Positions 30,639 through 39,851 of a stretch of DNA of 64,000 nucleotides are shown in pieces. Position 1 is the first letter of the stretch; the number at the start of each line of letters is the position of its first letter. The notes beneath the pieces were generated by a model that saw only the letters and a list, made by a program, of their open reading frames with translations, was not told where the DNA came from and ran no database searches. The DNA is from Barthelona sp. PCE (Eukaryota), in NCBI GenBank assembly GCA_040285745.1, contig JAUFOR010000003.1, positions 186,001-250,000 of the forward strand, given 5' to 3'. Both the position numbers and the translations under genes were made by a program.

Positions 30639-32348
30639 ATGAGCTCACCTTGGATAGACTCATGGAAGGACACCGTCGCAGGGCTCAAGACATTCCAGCC
30701 ACTGTGTTGTTTTGGAGATTTTGATGAGGAAGATGATGGTAAGTTCGCTGTCGTCACAGAGGACAACAGGCTGCGCGTCATGCAGGGCGTGCGCTTTATC
30801 GCCGAGACAGAACTTTCGGGTATTGCAAGCGCGTGTTGCGCATACAAAATCAAAGCAGAAGAGCCCCATCTTATCGCTGTATCATGCGGTCAGATTGTGT
30901 ACACATACAAGCTCATGTCAGATGGTCTGCGACCCGTATTCCGGTTCGTTTGTACATCAAGTGTTATCAGCACTGCAGAGACGGAGTTATGGGATCACTT
31001 CGCCCATAACACAGACTTCCCCGTCGCAGATCTCGTGCATGGGCTCCTTAATATCAGCAAGGGAGGAACCCAGCTGGAACTAAGCCAGTCTCACACGTTG
31101 CTTGACCTGGAATCTTCAGAGGATCAACAGAGCTTTGCCCGCGCCGCCCTGGCACTTTCCAGCCTGCAGAAACTCACAGTAATCAACTGCATGACCTCGT
31201 GCGTGAGCGGGTCGGGTGGCGAGCTTCGCAGTTTAGTTCTGGGAACAGAAGATGGACATGTAATTTTCCTTGACCAAAGGGGCAGGAGCACGCAGGCAAC
31301 TCTCGATCTTGGCGCTCCTATCGACTTTATCGACTCATTCGCGTCTGACAACATTGATCATGTGCGCGTCATTGTCGGATTGCGCAGTGGCAAGGTGAGG
31401 GTCATCAGAAATCAGCAGCTGACGAGTGTTAACTTGCAGCTGGACTCCAACGCCGTGTGCGCAGTCAGCATAAAGAAAAGGTTTTACATTGGTTGCTTCA
31501 AGAACGCCCTTGTCTGCTTCACATCCGCAGCAGCCATCAACCAGGTGTACCACCTGCCGTCCCCCATCCAGGTCATCGAGAAGCTGTATCTGAGGGAGAA
31601 GAATTTTGTTGGCGTGTTGATTGGTTTGAAAAACGGTGAGGTACGGTTGTACGAGCGCAGCCTCATGTGCACTTTTAACATAGGTGAGCCTGTGCGCGCC
31701 CTGAGGTTCGGACACTATAACAGAGAGAACACCGTCATCGCCATCGGTGTTTCTGGTGCTCTTCACATAAAGATTCTGAGCAGGCGTTTCCAAACTCAGT
31801 CTCTGGGTGCGAAGGGTGCACCCGAGGAGCAGAGCGTTCCGATTGATTTACCCACGCGTAGTAAGCTGTTCTTGAACTTTGCAAAGCTTGAGGAATCAAG
31901 GGGTCCCAACATCCACGCAGTTTTCCAGCAGCAGCTCGGTTCGCTTAAACTACTTGCCGCCGAGGAGTACTTGAAAGTGCTGCAGGAGGGCGTGTCCACG
32001 GTCAACACACATGCGAATGATGCCGTTATTACAATGAGTTGTACGCTTGAGGGTATAGGTCCTGAGTTCCTTGTCCGCCTTCGGCTGATTAACGTTGGTG
32101 AGACTGTTGCCCGTAACCTGCGCATCGCGTTCTTGTACAACGAGGAGATATACCGCATCGGCCCCGTGACAGAAGTTGTTCCAGTGCTCGTTCCCAATCA
32201 GATAGCAGAGAGGAAGTACTCCGTCACTCGAACGGACGAGGGCCTCGAGAGAGAGGAGGAGATCCGCGCGCTGCTGTACTGTAACAAGAGCAACAAGAGA
32301 CCAATTGGATCGGCGCTAATCAATGTCCCGGTTTCAGATTTGCAGTAA
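30639..32348 (+). CDS. BBS1: Bardet-Biedl syndrome 1 protein (BBSome subunit)
   Basis: WIDSWKDTVAGL, LVLGTE, LRFGHYNREN, GALHIKILSR, EQSVPIDLPTRSKL, LEGIGPEF, PVLVP, SALINVPVS. Confidence 0.92.
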   Translation: MSSPWIDSWKDTVAGLKTFQPLCCFGDFDEEDDGKFAVVTEDNRLRVMQGVRFIAETELSGIASACCAYKIKAEEPHLIAVSCGQIVYTYKLMSDGLRPVFRFVCTSSVISTAETELWDHFAHNTDFPVADLVHGLLNISKGGTQLELSQSHTLLDLESSEDQQSFARAALALSSLQKLTVINCMTSCVSGSGGELRSLVLGTEDGHVIFLDQRGRSTQATLDLGAPIDFIDSFASDNIDHVRVIVGLRSGKVRVIRNQQLTSVNLQLDSNAVCAVSIKKRFYIGCFKNALVCFTSAAAINQVYHLPSPIQVIEKLYLREKNFVGVLIGLKNGEVRLYERSLMCTFNIGEPVRALRFGHYNRENTVIAIGVSGALHIKILSRRFQTQSLGAKGAPEEQSVPIDLPTRSKLFLNFAKLEESRGPNIHAVFQQQLGSLKLLAAEEYLKVLQEGVSTVNTHANDAVITMSCTLEGIGPEFLVRLRLINVGETVARNLRIAFLYNEEIYRIGPVTEVVPVLVPNQIAERKYSVTRTDEGLEREEEIRALLYCNKSNKRPIGSALINVPVSDLQ

Positions 32349-32380
32349 AAGTTATGATTGAGCTGATTTATTACTTGCAA

Positions 32381-34312
32381 TTACTTGAAATAGCGACGCT
32401 TTCTACGTTGGCGCAGCTTTACCTTCTCACCATGAGCCATCTTCGATCGAGCGCGGAACTTACGTGAATGCCTTGACATGAGCAGATTCTTGTTCTTATC
32501 CTTGATAACATTAGATGTACCACCGCCCTTCTTGAGCGCGCGACGCTGTGAGGTTGTCAGGCGGTCCTCTCTACCTTCCATAACGAGGCGGAGCATGTCT
32601 TCCTTGGTTTTTTTCTTTTTGTAGTGTTGGAAGAGATTATCTGTATCCAGGAAGCGATCGTCCTGTTCCTCCATTTCCTCGTCGCTCTCTGCGAGCCACT
32701 CTTCAAGGTCAAAGTCCGAGTCAAACTCTTCATCTTCTTCATCGTCTTGCGGGTTGTTCTCATCGGTAGCCTGAATCTTGAGTGGCTCACCGGAGATGAT
32801 ACGCTTGCGTTCAGTCCAGATCTCCTTCTCCTCCTTGTTCATGATGCTCTCTTCAAGGAACTCGAGATATTGGTACTTATCATCGACAGCCTCAGTGCCA
32901 AACCCGCCAACAGCCTTTGATCCTGTCAGCAGGCGATCACCGCGAAGCTTCTGGGGGAGCACCTCGGGCATAACATCGCGGAAAAGTTGAATGAGACTCT
33001 TGGCGGCCTGTGCAACACCGCTCGACTTTTTGTAACGGCGGTATGCAACCAAATCCTCCAGGATGTCCTGGGAACATCCGTGGGGGCACTTCTCGCAGAT
33101 AAAGCGGATTGCGTTGAGGCCAACAACCATAATTTCATCTCCATGGACCTCAGTTACGAATCTGACTTGGATGGCTTTAAGCAATTCCTGTACTACATCT
33201 GGGGGAGTTAGCTGGTGAACGGCTGAGCTTGCGTAGCTGAGCAGAACAGTGACATCCTCCTGCTTTGGTCGCAGATAGCGCAAAATTGTTGAATGGAAGG
33301 CTGCAATAAATGTTTGGTGTGCTGTGCTGATTTTCGATACAACAGAAAAGATCATGAGCTTGATGTTAAACTTGAACCTCTTGATGTTCCTCATGAGCTG
33401 TGTTGCGAACTCATCAGCGTTGCTGAGCATCTCAATTGCTAAGAAGTCTTCGCTGGCACCTTTTTCATTAACCATCTTCTTCAGCTTCTTGCGCGCTCTC
33501 TCCAGTTTCTTTTCCTTATTGGCGCGCTTGAGACCACCGAGACCGAGACCCTTTGTCACTTCCTGCTGCAGATTGTACAGGCGGTCACTTTGGTTCTCCT
33601 CTTCCTCGTCCCACTCCTCGATGTTGGGGTTGGCGTCGTCCAGGAAGAAGGCCAATGCGGGCACGACGAGCTTCTTACTGGTCAGCAGAGCAGCATCTGA
33701 GATGATTCGCACCGAGTCCTGACCAGTCCAATGCTTTAGCATGTAAAGGCGAATAATAGTCTGTAGAGCAAGACGTCCAGAATCGGGGGTCTCGTCTGTG
33801 ATGCGCGAAACAAGCACCTTCTGGATGAGATGCCTGTACCGTTCACTGGGAAACTGTGTGATGATGTGCTTAATATCTTTTGTGATAAAGCTACGGATTA
33901 CGTTGCCCAGGTTCTTATCAGGGATTGTGATCATGTCCAGCAGGAGCGAATAAACATCGAAGCAACTGAGCTGGTTCTTTGTACGAAGATTGAACAGAGA
34001 CTGAGTTAGTTTGACACGCGTTTTTGCTGGTACGGAAACAAAACTTGATCTCATGAACGACAGGAAGTCGTAAGCAAACGTAATATCTGTCTTGTGAACA
34101 ACGTTGAGGTCAACGAGCTCAGTTTCTGCATAATAAGTAACGCAGTGACATAAAAAGCTCACAAGCGTTTGAAAATCGTGCCAATCGGAAATGGGGTGTT
34201 CACTTAGCAACTCTAAGATAGATGAAAACCGACGCAGTTGTGTGTTAAATTCACTTCTGTAGCCCTCGGGATCTTTTTTCAACTCATACTGTATATTAAT
34301 GAGTCCAGACAT
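32381..34312 (-). CDS. SDA1: SDA1 60S ribosome biogenesis protein
   Basis: KKDPEGYRSEF, YLRPKQEDVT, VHQLTPPD, VVGLNAIR.IC.KCP, AAKSLIQLFR.V.P..L, GGTSN..K.KNKN..M. Confidence 0.92.
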   Translation of the reverse strand: MSGLINIQYELKKDPEGYRSEFNTQLRRFSSILELLSEHPISDWHDFQTLVSFLCHCVTYYAETELVDLNVVHKTDITFAYDFLSFMRSSFVSVPAKTRVKLTQSLFNLRTKNQLSCFDVYSLLLDMITIPDKNLGNVIRSFITKDIKHIITQFPSERYRHLIQKVLVSRITDETPDSGRLALQTIIRLYMLKHWTGQDSVRIISDAALLTSKKLVVPALAFFLDDANPNIEEWDEEEENQSDRLYNLQQEVTKGLGLGGLKRANKEKKLERARKKLKKMVNEKGASEDFLAIEMLSNADEFATQLMRNIKRFKFNIKLMIFSVVSKISTAHQTFIAAFHSTILRYLRPKQEDVTVLLSYASSAVHQLTPPDVVQELLKAIQVRFVTEVHGDEIMVVGLNAIRFICEKCPHGCSQDILEDLVAYRRYKKSSGVAQAAKSLIQLFRDVMPEVLPQKLRGDRLLTGSKAVGGFGTEAVDDKYQYLEFLEESIMNKEEKEIWTERKRIISGEPLKIQATDENNPQDDEEDEEFDSDFDLEEWLAESDEEMEEQDDRFLDTDNLFQHYKKKKTKEDMLRLVMEGREDRLTTSQRRALKKGGGTSNVIKDKNKNLLMSRHSRKFRARSKMAHGEKVKLRQRRKRRYFK

Positions 34313-34909
34313 GGTTTTCGGTGTGTGTGAAGTGCAAAATGCAGAAAAGGTGAAAAACTAGACTATAGTTTCGAAACTTGATGCAACGTCCTACAAACTT
34401 TATGCTTGTGGTAGTAAAACTGTGCAGGAGGTCGAGGTGAACTTTTTTGAATGCGTGTCACGCGATCGTATAGTCTTCACTTTTTTTGTGCAGCCATATC
34501 GTATAATGCTTTTTGTTCAATGATAGATCCGTTCTTTGACATATTGTAGTGTCAATAAACCTTAATACTTCCACATCCTCAAGTCGATTATTGCCAAAGG
34601 TTGATGTAGTTGCTTTTCGATTCGTATTGCAGTATTTGAAAGTTTTCTGTGCCTTTATATGGTACATTTGTAGAATAAAGGGTCTTTAGAAAGTTTAACT
34701 CAGCATTGTATGATGCTGCATTGAGAAAAAAACATTTCGATTTCAGCTCACTACTTCCAATTTGACTCTATATGTTCACAACTTTATCAAATGTTGTGTA
34801 TCTCGTCAATATCGAGCTGAAAAAACCATTCTTCCAAAACTTTGGGTCTTTCTTCTTGTTTTAGTTTTAAATACCCTTTTCTCATTTAAAAAATCTCTTA
34901 AAGTACAAG

Positions 34910-35735
34910 ATGGCTGACGCATGCATTGGAAAGAAAGTTAGTTTAATCTCTAAAGTATGTTTTCTGAACCAATTATAACTTCTTTGTTTTTTATTGTTAG
35001 AGCATTAAGTTTAAGGGTCTTCAGCACCGAAACACTCACATTTAGAAGAATAGACAGTATTTTGGTATTCTTTCAGAGGTTAATCGTGAAGATAAAACTC
35101 TGTTACTCACTGATGTTTACAGGCAAGAAGATCCTGAAATGATTTACGAAAACGTTACATTTCAAGCTGAACGCATCAGTTCCATTACTCTGGTTGAAGA
35201 AGAAGACATATTGGATGATTTCGATGATGATGATGCAGTTGTTGCAGCAGCTCGTAAATCAAATGATAAGCCGAATCAGAACAGAAGGCAACAAAATAAT
35301 AGTAATCATAGACAGCCGAAGAAAAAGCCTGTACCTGTTGCCAGACCTCCTCATAAGCGTAGAGTTCCTCAAGTTCCAAAAATTAGCGCACCTACTTTTG
35401 AGGCGCCTCCTATTATTAATCGTCCTAAGAAGAATATTAATAGAGGAGCTAAAAATCAAGATATTGAGATGAGTAAGGTTGATATGAATTCAGAAAAGTT
35501 AAATGTTTCCAGTTTAGATCGTGAAGAATTGAGAAAGGAAGCTGAAAAACGTGCTAGAAAGAAGGGAGAAGAATATGTAGCACCTACCTTGGTCTATGAA
35601 AAAGTTAATTTCTTTGATACTTTGGAATTGGATAAAAAACATGGTACTAAGAATGCTTATAGAAATAGAAATTTACGTAGAAATACAGAAGACGAATCCG
35701 TTGATGATAATGATTTTTGGTCAAACGTTCGCTGA
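34910..35735 (+). CDS. LSM14: Lsm14/Scd6-like protein; exons 34910-34954 and 35046-35735
   Basis: Splicing GTATGT(34955)..TTTAG(35045) gives MADACIGKKVSLISK|KNRQYFGILSEVN..TLLLTDV..IYENVTFQ (Lsm14 LSm fold); C-terminal YEKVNFFDTL is FFD-box-like. Confidence 0.8.
34955..35045 (+). other. Spliceosomal intron, 91 nt, phase 0
   Basis: GTATGT donor; ACTCAC branch-like motif directly before ATTTAG acceptor; removal restores the frame and the LSm domain. Confidence 0.8.
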
Positions 35736-35778
35736 CAATAAATTTTTTTTTTTTTGCTTTTTTTTACTATGTACATTG

Positions 35779-37506
35779 TTATGTGCATTGTTTCTTTTTT
35801 GGAGGTGCAAACCCACCGTTCTTATATAATTCTACCTGTTCAGGCCAAAAACTAGGTGGAAATATTGTCTTTTCCGTATCATATTTGGAAAAAAGAATAT
35901 CAAATTCAATTCCCAAATCAATGAGAATGTGTTGTTTGAGACGCTGCTGCAGCTGGCGCACGGCCCTCTCTCTGTCTACCTCCCTATCTGTCTTCAGATT
36001 GATATCGTAGAGCTCAATCTCAATATCAGCAAGTCGTCGGTGATAGTCAAATGTGAGGGTATCGTAAAAGCTGTACAGCTTCTTCATGAACTGTCCCCTG
36101 CCCTCTCTATGTGCTGTTTTCAACATATTCAGCTTTTGGACGTATGAGGTGTGTAGAACGTGTAGCTCATGTTGGTCTCCATTTTTTTCAAGTTGAGACT
36201 TCTTGTGATGGTAGATACCATGCACTCGCTGGACCTCTTCACGCTCCCTGGCCATAATCGTGACCCATTGGGCGTCGACTTCGTTGAGCTTCTTCATAAA
36301 ATTGTCATAGCACTGTCTCAAGCATATTCCAAACGGTGTTTCATCGAACTTATCGGCAAGAAGAATCATCTCAATGTCATCAGCGACATTTGCTTTTGAT
36401 ACATAACCGCTACTCGTCTTATTTGGTTGATATTGATGAACAACACCAGCAAACTGACCCAGCGTTTCTATTCGATCTTTCGTTGTTATTTGCTCTTCCA
36501 CAACTGGGATCATTACACTATCGCTCTTGATGATACCTTCCATTATTGATTCATCGAAATGGAGCTCTCCAGTATTTTCCTCTAAAACTGCATCTGTAAC
36601 TCCATGTGGTTCTATTTCGGGAACGCTTGATGCAAAAGATTCCCAAAAAACAGTATCATCCTTTTTTTCATTCAAAAAATCTTTGAGTGATGAGAAAATT
36701 TCATCTGTAGTGTAGACAGTGACGCAATCTATGAAAACAGGGACACTAGGGGGGTTTGTTTTAGCCTTCAGCGCGACAACGTGTATTGTTATATGCTCCA
36801 CTAATCTTTGCATCGTAAGCACTGTGCATTCAATAAAGGGAGACAGCTCAGTCTGCTTTGCACTCATCGTGATGTGTTGGGTTGGATCACGTAATAATCC
36901 AGCGATTGCTGTTGTGCAGTTAACAAAATTGAGAAAAAAAACTTCATTTCGCAAATAGACATTAAGTGGTTGTTTTGAAAGACGCATTTCACGGCTGAGG
37001 AGATGTAGACACAATATAAGATAATGACTACATCTTAAAAGACCAGAAAGATCAGTGAGCCTGTGCTGAAAGACTAAGTCCAGAAATTCACTTAACTTGG
37101 AGAAATTATTGGTTACAAATATGGGAAAGAATATTTTGTGCTCACTAGATTTTGTTATTTCAAGATGACACCAGAAACGATATAATAAATCGTTGGAAAG
37201 TGTGCTAAGAGGGAATTTAGCATCCAGAGAAGGATCGATTCGCGAGAATAACAGTATATAAGTATGAAAAAATACAAAAAAAGGGTGTTCTTCCGAGAAA
37301 ACATTCAAATTGCATGCTTCTTCAAGGAGTTCAGGTTTCATTAACGATGAAACAGCCAGGAACTCGCAGAAACTATCCACGTCTAAAAGGTCCCACATGT
37401 TTAAATTCAGTGAATCAACACCATCGGTTAAATTCATATCACAAGAAAGATTAAGCCAATCTATAATACTCCCCCGACGTGCATTATTCATTTTACATTG
37501 CTCCAT
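35779..37506 (-). CDS. Hypothetical protein with C-terminal coiled coil
   Basis: Long ORF, first ATG at 37506; no family recognised with confidence. Confidence 0.55.
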   Translation of the reverse strand: MEQCKMNNARRGSIIDWLNLSCDMNLTDGVDSLNLNMWDLLDVDSFCEFLAVSSLMKPELLEEACNLNVFSEEHPFFVFFHTYILLFSRIDPSLDAKFPLSTLSNDLLYRFWCHLEITKSSEHKIFFPIFVTNNFSKLSEFLDLVFQHRLTDLSGLLRCSHYLILCLHLLSREMRLSKQPLNVYLRNEVFFLNFVNCTTAIAGLLRDPTQHITMSAKQTELSPFIECTVLTMQRLVEHITIHVVALKAKTNPPSVPVFIDCVTVYTTDEIFSSLKDFLNEKKDDTVFWESFASSVPEIEPHGVTDAVLEENTGELHFDESIMEGIIKSDSVMIPVVEEQITTKDRIETLGQFAGVVHQYQPNKTSSGYVSKANVADDIEMILLADKFDETPFGICLRQCYDNFMKKLNEVDAQWVTIMAREREEVQRVHGIYHHKKSQLEKNGDQHELHVLHTSYVQKLNMLKTAHREGRGQFMKKLYSFYDTLTFDYHRRLADIEIELYDINLKTDREVDRERAVRQLQQRLKQHILIDLGIEFDILFSKYDTEKTIFPPSFWPEQVELYKNGGFAPPKKKQCT

Positions 37507-37597
37507 TAGTAAAATATAGGTGAAGAAGGAATATAAGTGAATAACAAATTTTGTATTGCAACTTCTCACCACTTTTAATTATATTTTTTGATAGGGC

Positions 37598-37864
37598 ATG
37601 CAGCCAGTGGAAGACACACACGAACCAGATACTACAAATTATATTCAAAGTGGGTTTATTGAGCAAGAAGAGAAAATTGCGAAACTCTCTGCAGCTATTG
37701 TTAAAGGGAATACTTTGCTGGAACAGATAGACCGCCAGTTATCATTTGGTAGCACAGAAGCTTTTCATGATACGATTCTACAGTCAGGCGAGAAGTTAAC
37801 ATTCGCTTATGATGCTCCTTCACTTCCCATCAGTGCATTACAGAAAATTGGTAAGAAGTATTAA
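37598..37864 (+). CDS. Small coiled-coil hypothetical protein (88 aa)
   Basis: ATG after T-rich tract; fills the gap between neighbours and shares a TTAA stop with the cyclophilin. Confidence 0.5.
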   Translation: MQPVEDTHEPDTTNYIQSGFIEQEEKIAKLSAAIVKGNTLLEQIDRQLSFGSTEAFHDTILQSGEKLTFAYDAPSLPISALQKIGKKY

Positions 37865-38376
37865 CTCCACCTTCCACACTGAGTAATTTGTACTTCAGAA
37901 TTTTCTTCGATCTCCATTAACTGTGTAATTCCACTTACAATACGACCACACACACTGTTAATTCCATCAAACTCTGTAGCTTCACTCAAAGTTATGTAGA
38001 ACTGACAGCCAACTTGACAATCATCTGTAATGCCAACAAGCCCAAAAAGTCCTGCTGCTGTATGTTCAAAACGTTCACATGTTTCGTCAGGTACAAACGT
38101 TGGCGAGTCGTATATGGAGGTTGTACCTGTTCCATCATTAGAAATAAAATCACCACTCATTATGTAAAAGTTCTTCTGAATATCAAAGAACTTACAATCT
38201 TTGTATCCCACCGGGGTCCCCTCTACGCGAACAGATCCCATAAAGAAGCTTTCAACACATTTGCAGACTTTAGGACAGATATCATTGAACAACTCTACTT
38301 TCACTCGTCCAGTAGACTTGATTTCATTGTCAACTCTCTCTTCGTAGTCAAAGAATACAATATGCCTGTCACCCAT
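37861..38376 (-). CDS. Cyclophilin, PPIH/CypH-like, catalytically degenerate
   Basis: VFFD, GRVKVELF.DICPK, G.PVGYK, GDF..NDGTG..SIY, GCQFYIT, DG...VCGRIVSG. Confidence 0.8.
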   Translation of the reverse strand: MGDRHIVFFDYEERVDNEIKSTGRVKVELFNDICPKVCKCVESFFMGSVRVEGTPVGYKDCKFFDIQKNFYIMSGDFISNDGTGTTSIYDSPTFVPDETCERFEHTAAGLFGLVGITDDCQVGCQFYITLSEATEFDGINSVCGRIVSGITQLMEIEENSEVQITQCGRWS

Positions 38377-38467
38377 TATAGTAAAAAGTAAAAAGAAAAG
38401 GGATCAAAAAAACTTTACACTTCACATCGACATTTTTGTGAAACACTATTTTACACTAAAAAACTTA

Positions 38468-39655
38468 CTAATCAAAAGAAATAACACGTTGTTCCTTCAT
38501 TTTAGGACCTTTATCATCCAATTTAGGAGGATCTCTAAACAACACCTTACTTACATTACTGTGAGGATTACCAAAAATTCCTTCTCTCTTACCCACTGGG
38601 ATAACAGAGATTGGGGAAAGCTGCATCATTGTCTCGTTGGGTACAGTTCTTGGTGTAAACTGCAACAACTTTGCAAATTTTGACGACATGCCTCGTATGG
38701 TGCTGGGTGGCGCAATTACTTCTGTTTCCCTAATATAAGTCATGTCCAAGTTCTGTTTGGCCACATTGTCAAATATAGGTAACTCCAGTAATTCTTCCGC
38801 TGATGAACGACTGTTTGGATCCCACTGGAGCATTCTGCTAAGTAAATCAACCTCCTCAGCGCTTACACCGCTAAATCGCTCGCTCAGCTTGTTTCTATAC
38901 TTGTCTCGGCCGAGATATCGTTTGAAAAGGGTAAAAGATGGTAAGTTATCAACAGATTCCCAGCTTTCCTCGTTGGGAGATCCAATCAACCTTAATATGT
39001 GTGAAAGGAGGGAAATATCGCTGCCTTCGTTGGGGAACAGGGGATTTTTGAGCAGAAGCTCAGCAAAACAGCAACCCAGCGCCCATATATCAGTGTCTTC
39101 TGTGTATACCTTTGCCCCGAGTAATAGCTCTGGAGCTCTATGGTTCTTTGCGTTCACCTGTGGTGTCATGATGCATATATCAGCATCACTTGTGTTGATT
39201 GTGAAGGAAAAATCGGTGAGGACCACGTCACTTTCGCGGCTTAACAGGTAGTTGTTAAGCTTGATATCTCTGTGCACATAATTCACGGCGTGCAGGGCAC
39301 TTAAGCCCTCTAGCATCAGTTTGAATATGTAAAGTCGATCGTCTTTTGAAATATACGAGCTGTTCCTCACAAACTGCTCAATATCGGTCTGCATCAGGTC
39401 CATAGCAATGCAGAGGCTGTCTGTGCTGTCAAGGAAGACACCGTGACAGTTTACGACATTAGGATGCTGTATTTCAGAGAAAACTTTGAGCTCACGCAGT
39501 GTTGTGACTGTGACCCCTTCATCGGCGTTCTGCGAGTAGAACCTCTTGATGGCGTACTGCTCCCCTGTCGTTAAGTTGGAGGTTTTAAAAACCTCTCCAT
39601 ATGTGCCCTTTCCAATGACTTCCCACTTGCTGAATCCGTCAATTTCCTCAAACAT
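38468..39655 (-). CDS. Cyclin-dependent kinase-like protein (CDK7- or CDK10/11-like, divergent)
   Basis: GKGTYGEV, AIK, EGVTVTTLRELK (PSTAIRE-like helix), HRDIK.NN, DFS, RAPELLLGA, DIWALGC. Confidence 0.8.
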   Translation of the reverse strand: MFEEIDGFSKWEVIGKGTYGEVFKTSNLTTGEQYAIKRFYSQNADEGVTVTTLRELKVFSEIQHPNVVNCHGVFLDSTDSLCIAMDLMQTDIEQFVRNSSYISKDDRLYIFKLMLEGLSALHAVNYVHRDIKLNNYLLSRESDVVLTDFSFTINTSDADICIMTPQVNAKNHRAPELLLGAKVYTEDTDIWALGCCFAELLLKNPLFPNEGSDISLLSHILRLIGSPNEESWESVDNLPSFTLFKRYLGRDKYRNKLSERFSGVSAEEVDLLSRMLQWDPNSRSSAEELLELPIFDNVAKQNLDMTYIRETEVIAPPSTIRGMSSKFAKLLQFTPRTVPNETMMQLSPISVIPVGKREGIFGNPHSNVSKVLFRDPPKLDDKGPKMKEQRVISFD

Positions 39656-39851
39656 CACGTGGGTGCAATAAAATCAATAAAAAGCGAGAAAAGGTTTAAC
39701 TAAGTGAAAACAAAGTAATCGAGCATCTAAAGGATTATCCGACTTATGTTTAAGGAGCACAACATCACAAAACGTACACAATGAACCATAAAATTGAGAA
39801 AAACAGTATTGAAACTGCAAAATGAACAATTTTCATTTACATAAAGAGGTT

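Noticed and set aside
34458-34667. 69-aa ORF in the SDA1-Lsm14 spacer
   Set aside because: No recognisable motif or coding bias; cannot be supported
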